DNA of 64,000 nt. Source: Bacteroidales bacterium. Lineage in GTDB: Bacteria; Bacteroidota; Bacteroidia; Bacteroidales; UBA3824. The notes under the pieces were generated by a model, which ran no database searches, was not told the DNA's origin, and saw only the letters and a list, made by a program, of their open reading frames with translations. Shown here piece by piece: positions 9,388 through 19,098 of this stretch; the stretch's first letter is position 1, and every line of letters begins with the position of its first letter. The translations under genes and the position numbers were made by a program. The stretch is from NCBI GenBank assembly GCA_017544805.1, contig JAFYDK010000001.1, positions 18,013-82,012 on the forward strand, given 5' to 3'.

Positions 9388-10172
9388 TGGAAGAAAAAAG
9401 CGGCGCAACTTTTTGGGATCATCTTGACGTTTTAAGATTTGCGCTTTTAAGGTCGGTTGTCCTTATTACAGTGCTTTCGGTTACGGCATTTTGTTTTAAG
9501 GAATTTGTTTTTGACGGGATAATTTTAGCACCCGCCAAAAATGATTTTTTCGTGTTCAGATTTTTTGAATTTATATCGCAAAAGTTTGGTTTTGAGGATT
9601 TTAACTTGGATATTCAGCCTGTTAAAATTATTAATACAAAACTTTCAGCCCAATTGTTCATACATTTGAGCGCATCGTTTTATTTAGGATTTATAGCAGC
9701 CGTGCCGTATATTTTGGGCGAGATATGGTTTTTCTTAAAACCCGCTCTTTACAAAAACGAACAAAAACTCACCATCAAAGCTCTGATTTTTATGACGGTG
9801 TTGTTTTATTTAGGCGTTTTGACCTCGTATTTTCTAATTTTTCCGCTATCGGTAAACTTTTTGGCTAATTACCAAGTAACCAGCGGAGTAGAAAATTTAA
9901 TAGATTTAGACAGTTACATCGACACTTTAACGAGTTTAACATTGTCGTTAGGCGTTGTTTTTGAAATTCCTGTTTTGTCGTATTTTCTTTCAAAAATCGG
10001 AATTTTAAGTTACAAATTTATGAAAAACCACCGCAAACACGCATTTGTTTTGGTCTTGCTTGCAGCGGCGATTATAACACCCGGAACGGATATTTTTACA
10101 ATGCTATTAACGGCGATGCCACTACAACTGATTTACGAATTAAGCGTAAGAATCGTTAAAAAGAACGAATAA
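9387..10172 (+). CDS. tatC: Twin-arginine translocase TatC subunit
   Basis: TFWDHLDVLR, FLKPALY, FEIP, RKHA..AAIITP. Confidence 0.95.
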   Translation: MEEKSGATFWDHLDVLRFALLRSVVLITVLSVTAFCFKEFVFDGIILAPAKNDFFVFRFFEFISQKFGFEDFNLDIQPVKIINTKLSAQLFIHLSASFYLGFIAAVPYILGEIWFFLKPALYKNEQKLTIKALIFMTVLFYLGVLTSYFLIFPLSVNFLANYQVTSGVENLIDLDSYIDTLTSLTLSLGVVFEIPVLSYFLSKIGILSYKFMKNHRKHAFVLVLLAAAIITPGTDIFTMLLTAMPLQLIYELSVRIVKKNE

Positions 10173-10210
10173 AAAAAAACGGCGGGAAAAAAATTCCCGC
10201 CGTTTCTTTT
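10172..10210. terminator. Bidirectional terminator between tatC and the BI-1 gene
   Basis: AAACGGCGGGAA-aaaaa-TTCCCGCCGTTT flanked by A and T tracts. Confidence 0.85.
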
Positions 10211-10237
10211 TATTATCAAAAAATGTTTTTTTATCTT

Positions 10238-10987
10238 TTAATCTCTTCTTCCGGCAAAAAGTGCGATTAATCTTAAAATTTCAAGATAAATCCAAATCAA
10301 TGTTACCATAAGACCGAAAGCACTATACCATTCCATTTGAGCAGGAGCTTCACTTTCAACACCGGCTTCAATAGAATTGAAATCCAAAACCAAATTAAGA
10401 GCAGCTACAATTACGATAATTGCCTGAATTATAAGGCCTACCTTTCCCAATGAAAACACTGAAACGTTAGCACCAAAAAGACTTGCCACAATAGAAATCA
10501 AATAAAAAACACCGATTCCCAAGGTTGCAAAACTTATCACTTTAACAAAAGTACTGCTTGCCCTTAAAATACCGAATCTGTAACAGAAAAATATTACAGC
10601 AGAAACGGCAAAAGTTGAAAACATAGCCAGCGATACAATTCCGTGAAACTGAGCCTCATACATTGCAGAAAGCGCACCCAAAAGCAAACCCTCGCAAATA
10701 GCATAAAGCGGAGCCAAAATATAGGCAATATTAGCCTTAAAAACAGTTAAGAAACCTAAAACCAACGCACCTATTCCACCGCCAATCATAAGCGGCATAA
10801 GTGCCGTAGAGCCGGCTGCGAAAAGTTTCCATGTAATTGAACCCGTTAAAAATACAAGCAAAAACAACAAAAGAGTCTTCGTTGCAACGCCTTTAACGGT
10901 CATAACGCCTTCGCCCGCAAATTCACGGGCTACATTCTGTAATCTCTCTTGAGAAAATACAGGATTTGATGTCTTCGTAAAATTCAT
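10238..10987 (-). CDS. Bax inhibitor-1/YccA family membrane protein
   Basis: Seven TM helices, SNPVF start, LNLVLDF, EWYSAFGLMVTLIWIYLEILRL. Confidence 0.9.
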   Translation of the reverse strand: MNFTKTSNPVFSQERLQNVAREFAGEGVMTVKGVATKTLLLFLLVFLTGSITWKLFAAGSTALMPLMIGGGIGALVLGFLTVFKANIAYILAPLYAICEGLLLGALSAMYEAQFHGIVSLAMFSTFAVSAVIFFCYRFGILRASSTFVKVISFATLGIGVFYLISIVASLFGANVSVFSLGKVGLIIQAIIVIVAALNLVLDFNSIEAGVESEAPAQMEWYSAFGLMVTLIWIYLEILRLIALFAGRRD

Positions 10988-11020
10988 AGTCGTTTATTGT
11001 TTTTTTTTTAATAAAAAGTT

Positions 11021-11578
11021 TTATGCTAATTTCACTTTATAAGAACGCTCGAATTTTCCTCTTGAAATATTAGCAAGTTTGTTTTTAATAAGTTTTCGTC
11101 TTAACATTCCGACTTTATCGGTAAACAAAATGCCTTCCAAATGATCGAATTCGTGCTGAACAACTCTTGAGGCAGGACCCGTTAAGGTTTCCTCCTTCGG
11201 AAGAAAATTCTCGTCAAGATATTTTATTTTAATACCGTCCTTTCTGACAACATTTTCATGAAGTCCCGGCACCGACAAACACCCCTCTTGATAAGAACAA
11301 TTTTCACCGAAAATTTCAATTATTTCGGGATTGATAAAAACACGTTTGAAACTTTTGGTAAAAACATCATTATCATCATCGGTCATAGGAGCGGCATCCA
11401 CAACAAAAAGACGCAACGACTCTCCTACTTGAGGAGCAGCCAAACCTACTCCGTCCGATTTATACATTGTTTCAAACATATTGTCAATCAACTCTTTGAG
11501 TCCGGGATAATCCGGAGTTACTATTTCGGCTTTTTTTCTTAAAACCGCAGTTCCTATTATACTAATCGGTAATATCAT
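11021..11578 (-). CDS. def: Peptide deformylase
   Basis: GVGLAAPQVG, EGCLSVP, QHEFDHLEG. Likely start ATG at 11578 (MILPI). Confidence 0.95.
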   Translation of the reverse strand: MILPISIIGTAVLRKKAEIVTPDYPGLKELIDNMFETMYKSDGVGLAAPQVGESLRLFVVDAAPMTDDDNDVFTKSFKRVFINPEIIEIFGENCSYQEGCLSVPGLHENVVRKDGIKIKYLDENFLPKEETLTGPASRVVQHEFDHLEGILFTDKVGMLRRKLIKNKLANISRGKFERSYKVKLA

Positions 11579-11611
11579 TTTTTTATAAATTATAGTCTTT
11601 TTTATTTTCAA

Positions 11612-12034
11612 TTAATCAACACCGTTTTCGTCTATCCAACCTTGCAGAATCAATGCAGCAGCCATTTTGTCGGTATTGCCCTTGGTCTGACGGTATTTCT
11701 TTGAAAAACCGCCCGAAACCATAACCGAAACCGCTGTTTTTGAAGTATATTCCTCATTATAAAAAACAACCGGAAGCTCAGGAAACAGCCTTTTTAAATT
11801 GTCAGTAAAAAGAATTATCTGTTTTACAATCGGATTTTCTCTATCTCCGTCAGGATTTTCGGGATAGCCGACAATAACTTTTTCTACTTTGTTTTTATTA
11901 AGATAATCCTTCAAAAAAGGCGTTAAAACTGTTGTATCAACGGTTTGCAAAGGTGATACAATAATTTTTGAGGGGTCGGTAACAGCCAATCCCGTGCGTT
12001 TTCCGCCGTAATCAATTGCAAGAAGTCGTGCCAT
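11612..12034 (-). CDS. ruvX: YqgF/RuvX pre-16S rRNA nuclease
   Basis: LAIDYGGKRTGLAVTD, NEEYTS, DKMAAALILQ. Confidence 0.93.
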   Translation of the reverse strand: MARLLAIDYGGKRTGLAVTDPSKIIVSPLQTVDTTVLTPFLKDYLNKNKVEKVIVGYPENPDGDRENPIVKQIILFTDNLKRLFPELPVVFYNEEYTSKTAVSVMVSGGFSKKYRQTKGNTDKMAAALILQGWIDENGVD

Positions 12035-12057
12035 AAACGGTTATGAAAAATTTCCGT

Positions 12058-12151
12058 CAAAATTAAAAAAAATTTTTGAAAACCGAAAGAAAAAAATTAA
12101 GAAAAAAAATCAAAAAAAAATTATATCGTAACAAATAGTTTTGTATCTTTG
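12058..12151. promoter_or_regulatory. Divergent -7 elements for ruvX-def (minus) and mdh (plus)
   Basis: CAAAATTA at 12058-12065 (TAATTTTG on minus) and TATCTTTG at 12144-12151. Confidence 0.6.
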
Positions 12152-12208
12152 CCGAAAAGATTTTTTAAGTAAATTACTTATTAAAATATAAATTAATCAA
12201 ATCAAAAA

Positions 12209-13153
12209 ATGAGTAAAATTACAGTTATCGGTGCCGGCAACGTAGGCGCAACTTGCGCTGATGCCATCGCACGCAGAGACCTCGCAACCGAGGTTGTTTT
12301 ATTGGACATCAAACCCGGTATTTCAGAAGGAAAAGCCCTTGACATTTGGCAGACCTCAGCACTCGCAGGTTTCAACCACCAAATCAAAGGTGTTACCAAC
12401 GATTATTCAGCAACAACAAATTCTGATGTTGTAGTTATCACGTCAGGTGTTCCCAGAAAACCCGGTATGAGCCGTGAAGACTTAATCGGCGTTAACGCAG
12501 GTATCGTAAAAAGCGTAACCGAAAACGTTATCAAAGCATCTCCTAATGCAATCATCATCATCGTTTCTAATCCTTTGGACGTAATGACATACGTTGCTTT
12601 CAAGACCGCTAAAACCTTGTCAAGCAAAGTATTCGGTATGGCAGGTACTCTTGATACCGCTCGTTACAAAGCATTTTTGGCAGAAGAAATCGGCGTAACT
12701 CCTTTGGACATTCAAGCACTTTTGTTGGGTGGACACGGTGATACAATGGTTCCGCTTCCAAGATTTACCTCTGTTGGTGGCGTTCCCGTTACTGACCTTG
12801 TTGCAAAAGACAAACTCGAGGCTATCATCGAAAGAACCAAAAAAGGCGGCGGTGAATTAACTAACTTACTCGGTACTTCAGCTTGGTATGCTCCCGGTAC
12901 TTCGGCTGCTTACATGGTTGAGGCTATCATCCGCGACCAGAAAAAACTCGTTCCCGTTTGCGCATACTTGGACGGTGAATACGGTTACAAAGATATGTAT
13001 CTCGGCGTTCCGGTTATCCTCGGCAAAAACGGTGTTGAAAAAGTTATCGAACTCAACCTCAACGCTGAAGAAAAAGCCCTTTTGGATGCTTCAGCTCAGG
13101 CCGTTAAGAAAACTTTAGGCGTACTTGATACGATGAACGTTTTGGATAAATAA
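12209..13153 (+). CDS. mdh: Malate dehydrogenase (LDH-like)
   Basis: GAGNVG, PRKPGMSREDL, VSNPLD, LDTAR, GGHGD. Confidence 0.95.
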   Translation: MSKITVIGAGNVGATCADAIARRDLATEVVLLDIKPGISEGKALDIWQTSALAGFNHQIKGVTNDYSATTNSDVVVITSGVPRKPGMSREDLIGVNAGIVKSVTENVIKASPNAIIIIVSNPLDVMTYVAFKTAKTLSSKVFGMAGTLDTARYKAFLAEEIGVTPLDIQALLLGGHGDTMVPLPRFTSVGGVPVTDLVAKDKLEAIIERTKKGGGELTNLLGTSAWYAPGTSAAYMVEAIIRDQKKLVPVCAYLDGEYGYKDMYLGVPVILGKNGVEKVIELNLNAEEKALLDASAQAVKKTLGVLDTMNVLDK

Positions 13154-13180
13154 GCATAATTTTTGTTTTTTTTAGTTTTT

Positions 13181-13231
13181 TAACCGCTGCTTGAAAAAAA
13201 AATATTTTTATTAAGCAGCGGTTATTTTTTT
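13181..13231 (+). terminator. Intrinsic terminator after mdh
   Basis: TAACCGCTGCTT..AAGCAGCGGTTA followed by a T-tract. Confidence 0.8.
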
Positions 13232-13483
13232 GCCATAAAAAGCTGTTTTTTGTTATGACAAACAATAATTTTTTTGATATTTTTTAGGGGAAAATTCATT
13301 AGTAATAGATTTAATATTCTGATTATCAAAAAAATATCAGTGTTAAAAAAATGTTTAGAAAATGCTATATTTTTTTAACAAAAAATTTTGAAGTTAAATT
13401 AAAATAAAATAATTTTGGATAATTCTTTCATTGCGGAAGAATTGACTGTTTTAATTAGAAATCAATAAAAATTTGAGAATAAA

Positions 13484-15298
13484 ATGGCGAAAGAAAGTAA
13501 AGAACTTTTTCAACAGACACTCCTCTTTGAATGTGCATGGGAGGTATGCAATCAAGTAGGCGGTATTTATACAGTGATACGATCTAAAATTCCAGCTATC
13601 GTTCAAAAATGGAATAAAGACAATTATTTCCTTTTAGGACCTTATTTTGAAAACCAAGCCGCCTCGGTTTTCGACCCGATTGAAGATTTAACAGACCCCG
13701 TAGGTTATGCGGTTCATACCATGCGTCAGAATGGTTTTGACGTGCATTACGGACGTTGGCTCGTAACGGGTAAACCTAAAGTCGTTTTGTTTAATCCGTA
13801 TTCCGTTTTCAACCGTTTGGGCGAAATAAAATACAAACTTTGGGTTGACCATTACATTCAAGTTCATGACGAACCTCTTATGGATCAAGTTCTTGCTTTT
13901 GGTTATTCGGTAACGGAATTTTTCAGAATTCTTGTTAATTCCGATATTCAAGAGCCTCATATCATTGCTCATTTCCATGAGTGGATGGCGGGTATGCCGA
14001 TTATGGATATAAGAAAGGAAAATCTCCCGATTAAAACCGTTTTCACAACCCACGCCACGATGTTAGGCAGATATTTGGCAATGAACGACCATAACTTTTA
14101 TAACAATCTGCCGTTTTACAATTGGGAAAACGAAGCAAAACATTTCAACATATTCCCGACTGTTCAACTCGAAAGAGCGGCTGCACACGGCTCGCACGTT
14201 TTCTCGACTGTCAGCGACATTACCGCGCAAGAATGTATTCACCTTTTGGGCAGAGAACCCGATTATATCCTGCCTAACGGTCTTAACATCGAAAGATTCG
14301 AGGCTTTGCACGAATTTCAAAACCTGCATTACAAATATAAGGAACAAATCAACGAGTTTATCCGCGGACATTTCTTCCAATCATACTCGTTTGATTTGGA
14401 CAAAACATTGTATTTCTTCTCCTCAGGAAGGTTTGAGTATCAGAACAAAGGCTTTGATTTAACGCTTGAATCTTTGGCTCGTCTTAATTATAAGATGAAA
14501 CAAGAAAACATTGATGCAACCGTCGTTTTCATTCTCGTTACAAAACAGCCTTATCATTCGATTAATGCGCAAGTACTTCATTCCAAAGCACTTATGGAAG
14601 AAATTCAGCGCAATACCGAAGAGATAGAAAGGGATTTGGGCAAAAAACTTTACGAATACATCACAAGCAACAACGGTCAGTTCAACATTCCGAATTTGAG
14701 CTCCATGATTTCAGAGACCATGGAATTGAAACTTCGCCGTAACGTTCAATCGTGGAAAAATACCAATCTTCCGTACGTTGTAACGCACAATTTAATCAAC
14801 GACGGAGCCGATCCCGTTCTGAACTTCCTCAGAATGAGTAATCTTGTTAACGGCAGGGAAGATAAAGTAAAAGTTGTTTACCACCCTGAATTTATCAATT
14901 CAGCATCACCGTTGTTCCACATGGATTACAATCAGTTTGTAAGAGGTTGTCATTTAGGCGTTTTCCCAAGTTATTATGAACCTTGGGGTTACACTCCGCT
15001 CGAATGTATGGCATCGGGTATTCCATCAATTACTTCCGACCTTTCAGGTTTTGGCTCTTACATCAAGGCGCATTTCGACAATTGCGAAAAAATGGGCTTG
15101 TACATCGTAAACCGCAACAATGTTAATTACAACGACAGTGCGGAACAACTTGCAAACCTTATGTTAAGATTCGTAAAACTCAACCGCCGCGAACGTATCA
15201 GCATGAGAAACAACGTGGAAGAAAACTCCATTCACTTCGACTGGACAAATCTCGCTAAAAATTATTTCAAAGCATACGATTCTGCATTGGAGAGATGA
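13484..15298 (+). CDS. Glycogen synthase, GT3 (eukaryote-type) family
   Basis: AWEVCNQVGGIYTV, HFHEW, FTTHAT, HEFQNLH, GRFEYQNKG, PSYYEPWGYTPLEC. Confidence 0.92.
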   Translation: MAKESKELFQQTLLFECAWEVCNQVGGIYTVIRSKIPAIVQKWNKDNYFLLGPYFENQAASVFDPIEDLTDPVGYAVHTMRQNGFDVHYGRWLVTGKPKVVLFNPYSVFNRLGEIKYKLWVDHYIQVHDEPLMDQVLAFGYSVTEFFRILVNSDIQEPHIIAHFHEWMAGMPIMDIRKENLPIKTVFTTHATMLGRYLAMNDHNFYNNLPFYNWENEAKHFNIFPTVQLERAAAHGSHVFSTVSDITAQECIHLLGREPDYILPNGLNIERFEALHEFQNLHYKYKEQINEFIRGHFFQSYSFDLDKTLYFFSSGRFEYQNKGFDLTLESLARLNYKMKQENIDATVVFILVTKQPYHSINAQVLHSKALMEEIQRNTEEIERDLGKKLYEYITSNNGQFNIPNLSSMISETMELKLRRNVQSWKNTNLPYVVTHNLINDGADPVLNFLRMSNLVNGREDKVKVVYHPEFINSASPLFHMDYNQFVRGCHLGVFPSYYEPWGYTPLECMASGIPSITSDLSGFGSYIKAHFDNCEKMGLYIVNRNNVNYNDSAEQLANLMLRFVKLNRRERISMRNNVEENSIHFDWTNLAKNYFKAYDSALER

Positions 15299-16728
15299 AA
15301 AAATTAATTTTGACTTTATTAACGGCAGCATCGCTTACGGCACAAGCCGAGGTGAGGCTGCCTAATATTATAGGCTCTGACATGGTTGTTCAACAAAACA
15401 CCAACGTCAGATTTTGGGGCAAAGCTCAGAAAAACGCCACGGTAGAGGTTTTAGTTTCTTGGAATTCGGAAAAATTTGTTTCCAAAGCCGACAAAAACGG
15501 TAATTTTCAGATCGAAATTCCGACAAAAGATTTCACTTTTGAGGCTCAAACCGTAGAATTCACGGATTTATCCGACAAAAAAGTTACGAAATTAGAAAAT
15601 ATTTTAATCGGTGAAGTTTGGTTGGCATCAGGTCAATCAAATATGCAAATGCCGTTAAAAGGTTTTCCGGGTTGCAACATCGAAGACGGTTTTGAAGAAA
15701 TAATGTTTTCGGACAAAGAAGCCGAGAGAGTAAGATTTTTCACCGTTCCGTTGAAACATTCCTACAATTTGGAAGAAGACGTTGATGCTAAATGGACAGT
15801 CCCTAACGCTAAAAATTCGACAGAATATTCAGCCGTTGCATGGCATTACGCAAAAGCTATAAGTCATGCTTTGGGTTGTCCTGTCGGAATTGTCAGTGCG
15901 GCATACGGCGGCACGCTCGTTGAAAGTTGGATGAGCAAAGAACTCCTTGAAAAACACGGTGTTTCCACCAAAAAAGAAGACATCGAAAATGTTGAATGGG
16001 AATACGAGAAAATTCTTTTGCCTTACAACGCTATGTTTTGGCCGATTCACAAATTTACCTACAAAGGCGTGATTTGGTATCAAGGTTGCTCCAATGTCGG
16101 AAAGCATAAGACTTATTATCAAAGGCTTAAAGACATGATTCAACTTTGGCGGTCTGACATCGGATTAGGCGATATACCTTTTTATATGGTTGAAATTGCA
16201 CCCTACGATTACGGCAGCGGAGATTCTCCTTTTTTGAGGGAAATTCAATTGAAAGTAGCAAGAGAAGTTAAAAATTCGGGACTTGTTACGACCTCTGATT
16301 TAGCCTTGCCGCAAGAAAGGTACAATATTCATCCGCGTCAGAAAAAGGCTGTCGGACAAAGACTTGCTGCTTTGGCGCTCAACAAAACCTACGGAATGGA
16401 AACCTTTATTTTCTCCGGACCGACTTTCAAAGAATTAATCATAGAAGGCAATGAAGCATTTGTCGGTTTCGACAATCTCCAAATGGGACTTTGCAGCAAT
16501 TATATGATTGAGGGTTTTGAAATTGCGGGTCAAGACAAAGTTTTTTATCCCGCTGACAAAGTTTGGCTCCGTTGGCAGACAAACCACGTAGCCGTTTCAA
16601 GCGAAAAAGTTAAAAACCCAGTAGCCGTAAGATATTGTTTCAAAGATTTTTATCACGGAACGCTCTATGGCGGAGGAATGATTCCTGCATATCCTTTTAG
16701 AACGGATAATTGGGACGAAGTGAAATAA
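15295..16728 (+). CDS. Sialate O-acetylesterase family (SASA) periplasmic esterase
   Basis: Signal peptide, GEVWLASGQSNM, GVIWYQG, NIHP, PFRTD. Confidence 0.88.
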   Translation: MKKLILTLLTAASLTAQAEVRLPNIIGSDMVVQQNTNVRFWGKAQKNATVEVLVSWNSEKFVSKADKNGNFQIEIPTKDFTFEAQTVEFTDLSDKKVTKLENILIGEVWLASGQSNMQMPLKGFPGCNIEDGFEEIMFSDKEAERVRFFTVPLKHSYNLEEDVDAKWTVPNAKNSTEYSAVAWHYAKAISHALGCPVGIVSAAYGGTLVESWMSKELLEKHGVSTKKEDIENVEWEYEKILLPYNAMFWPIHKFTYKGVIWYQGCSNVGKHKTYYQRLKDMIQLWRSDIGLGDIPFYMVEIAPYDYGSGDSPFLREIQLKVAREVKNSGLVTTSDLALPQERYNIHPRQKKAVGQRLAALALNKTYGMETFIFSGPTFKELIIEGNEAFVGFDNLQMGLCSNYMIEGFEIAGQDKVFYPADKVWLRWQTNHVAVSSEKVKNPVAVRYCFKDFYHGTLYGGGMIPAYPFRTDNWDEVK

Positions 16729-16730
16729 AA

Positions 16731-17177
16731 TCACCTCGCCTCAAAGACATAAACAAGAGTTGAAAAGGGTTCGATAATGCCGACACGGTGTTTTCCGAAT
16801 CCTTTTTTAAATGGCACTACAAGAATTCCTTTTGAACCTTTTTTGATATGTTTTAATGCCGTTTTCCAACCGTCAATAAGCCCGCTTCCCGGATAAACAG
16901 TCCTTACGACTTCGGCACTGGCAAATGTTACAACATTTTCCAATGTTTTGCCGTCATAAAGCAAAACTAATTCGTCGCCGTCTTTATATTCCTCAGTGCC
17001 TTCCTCTATCAAATACAAATAAATTCCGTCGTATTCAACAAAACAAGTATCACCGTAAGGCTTAAAAAAACTCTCTAACGCCTCATCTTCGGCATCGCGT
17101 CCGTCTTTTTCCTTTCCGCACGAAAAAAATGAAGACAAAACCGCCACAAAAAGCAAAAGGCATAATATTTTTTTCAT
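16731..17177 (-). CDS. FKBP-type peptidyl-prolyl isomerase lipoprotein
   Basis: Lipobox FFS-C, LIDGWKTAL, IEPFSTLVYVFE. Confidence 0.8.
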   Translation of the reverse strand: MKKILCLLLFVAVLSSFFSCGKEKDGRDAEDEALESFFKPYGDTCFVEYDGIYLYLIEEGTEEYKDGDELVLLYDGKTLENVVTFASAEVVRTVYPGSGLIDGWKTALKHIKKGSKGILVVPFKKGFGKHRVGIIEPFSTLVYVFEAR

Positions 17178-17180
17178 AAA

Positions 17181-18038
17181 CTATTCAAAATCAATCAGTT
17201 CAACTTCAAAAATAAGCGGTGCAAAACCTTTTATAACACCTTTTCTGCCGTATGGACCGTAACCGAATTTTGAAGGTATTATAAACAAGGATTTTTCACC
17301 TTTTTTCATTGACTTAACAGCAGCTTCAAAACCCTTAACAGTCTTATTTTCACCGAGAGGAAATTTAAAAGTTTCACCTCTTTTATAAGTATTGTCAAAC
17401 TCTCTGCCATCAACAAAAGAGCCGATATAATTTACCGTAACATTTTTTACGTCCTCATTTTGGGCTAAGTTGCCGGCTTTGAGAACTTTTTTATAAACGC
17501 CCGGTTCGATTATTTGCATTTCGTATCCCAATTTTTCGATGAAATCACGAATCACCAAAAGCTCTTGAGCGTTCATTTTTTCAACCCACTGATCAATGCT
17601 TTTCTGATACTCTGCACCGTCGATAATGTCATTCAATTTGATTTGAAACAAAAGTTTTTCGCCCGGTTTTATGAACTTAGGAACATTCATTTTTCTTGAC
17701 TTTACATAAAAAGTTTCAGCATCCGCCAAGAAAACCGCACTATCACCTTTTCCCATCAAATAAATACCTTCCTCGATTGAACCCTGCATGGAATCTTTAG
17801 GGGCGTACATTACGAAATCTTGAGCTACTTCTTTGGAATTGAAAAGCAGCGAATCACTTGAATTATAATACTTTATGTTAAGATTCCAAACGTCCCCAGG
17901 TTTGGATTTAAGAGAGCTTTCGTTTTTAACGATAAATTTATATTCCAAACCCGAAGGCAGTTTTTCGTATTTTTTTTCGCCGCTGCAAGCTGAAAAAGCC
18001 AAAAACGACAAAAACGACAAATATAATAAATGTTTCAT
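17181..18038 (-). CDS. Tandem FKBP-type peptidyl-prolyl isomerase lipoprotein
   Basis: Lipobox FSA-C, two FKBP domains (LPSGLEY, VNYIGSFVDGREFD, IPSKFGYG, LIFEVELI). Confidence 0.88.
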   Translation of the reverse strand: MKHLLYLSFLSFLAFSACSGEKKYEKLPSGLEYKFIVKNESSLKSKPGDVWNLNIKYYNSSDSLLFNSKEVAQDFVMYAPKDSMQGSIEEGIYLMGKGDSAVFLADAETFYVKSRKMNVPKFIKPGEKLLFQIKLNDIIDGAEYQKSIDQWVEKMNAQELLVIRDFIEKLGYEMQIIEPGVYKKVLKAGNLAQNEDVKNVTVNYIGSFVDGREFDNTYKRGETFKFPLGENKTVKGFEAAVKSMKKGEKSLFIIPSKFGYGPYGRKGVIKGFAPLIFEVELIDFE

Positions 18039-18854
18039 TTAATATGATTCTTCAGCATTAGGATAATCACCTGATTTTACATCAGTTACATAATTTCCGA
18101 CAGCGGATTTAATAATTGACGAAAGGTCAGCATAACGGCGTAAAAATTTCGGTTTGAACTCATCGTTAATACCAATCATATCCTGAAAAACCAAAATCTG
18201 ACCATCACAAACATTGCCCGCACCAATACCGATAGTAGGAATAGTAAGCGATTTTGTAACTTTTTCTGCCAAAACAGCCGGTATTTTTTCCAAAACAACT
18301 GAAAAACAACCTAAACGTTCTACAAGTTTAGCGTTTTCCAAAAGTAACTCAGCCTCAGCATCTTCGGTCGCTCTCAAAGCATAACCGCCGAATTTGTTTA
18401 TTGATTGAGGTGTCAGTCCCAAATGCGCCATAATAGGAATTCCGGCAGAAAGAATAGCCTTGTAAGATTCTTCAATTTCTTTTCCGCCTTCAATCTTAAC
18501 AGCCTGACAACCTGTCTCTTTCATAATTCTAACAGCATTTTTCAGTGCCAAATGCGCATCGCCTTGATATGAGCCGAAAGGCATATCAACGACAACCATT
18601 GCACGTTTTGCGGCTTTAACAACACTCTGTGCAAAGAAAATCATTTCATCAACAGTTATCGGCAATGTCGTATGATGACCGAGCATAACGTTTGCTGCCG
18701 AATCACCTACCAAAATTGCATCAACCCCTGCTTGATCAACCAATCTTGCAATGGAATAATCATAACTGGTAAGCATAGCGATTTTTTCGCCATTGTTTTT
18801 CATATTCTGAAAAACCTGCGTCGTAACGACTTTTACTTCTTTATGTACTGACAT
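18039..18854 (-). CDS. panB: 3-methyl-2-oxobutanoate hydroxymethyltransferase
   Basis: MLTSYD, LVGDS, VKIEGG, HLGLTPQ, IGIGAG. Confidence 0.96.
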   Translation of the reverse strand: MSVHKEVKVVTTQVFQNMKNNGEKIAMLTSYDYSIARLVDQAGVDAILVGDSAANVMLGHHTTLPITVDEMIFFAQSVVKAAKRAMVVVDMPFGSYQGDAHLALKNAVRIMKETGCQAVKIEGGKEIEESYKAILSAGIPIMAHLGLTPQSINKFGGYALRATEDAEAELLLENAKLVERLGCFSVVLEKIPAVLAEKVTKSLTIPTIGIGAGNVCDGQILVFQDMIGINDEFKPKFLRRYADLSSIIKSAVGNYVTDVKSGDYPNAEESY

Positions 18855-18978
18855 TTTTTTTGAATTTTAGTTCCGCAAAATTATAAAAAAAGATAAAGGA
18901 AAAAAAATATTTATTTTTTTAACATTTATTTAATCCTAAACGCTTTGTTGATATTATTTTTTTTCTCAACTTTGCAGT

Positions 18979-19070
18979 GTAAAATAAAAGTATTTTTTTT
19001 CATAATATAAAGGTTTAGGTTAATAATTAGCAAGGGAGAGAGTTGTGAAACTCATTCTCCCTTTTTTGTT
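18979..19070 (+). ncRNA. Candidate standalone sRNA (~90 nt)
   Basis: TTTG(18944)-N19-CAACTTTG(18967) promoter, then TTTTTTCATAATATAAAGGTTTAGGTTAATAATTAG, then a plus-oriented terminator AAGGGAGA-GAGTT-GTGA-AACTC-at-TCTCCCTT-T-tract. No plus-strand gene lies upstream. Confidence 0.6.
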
Positions 19071-19098
19071 TTTTTTTTAAACAAAAAAAGGACGAAAT

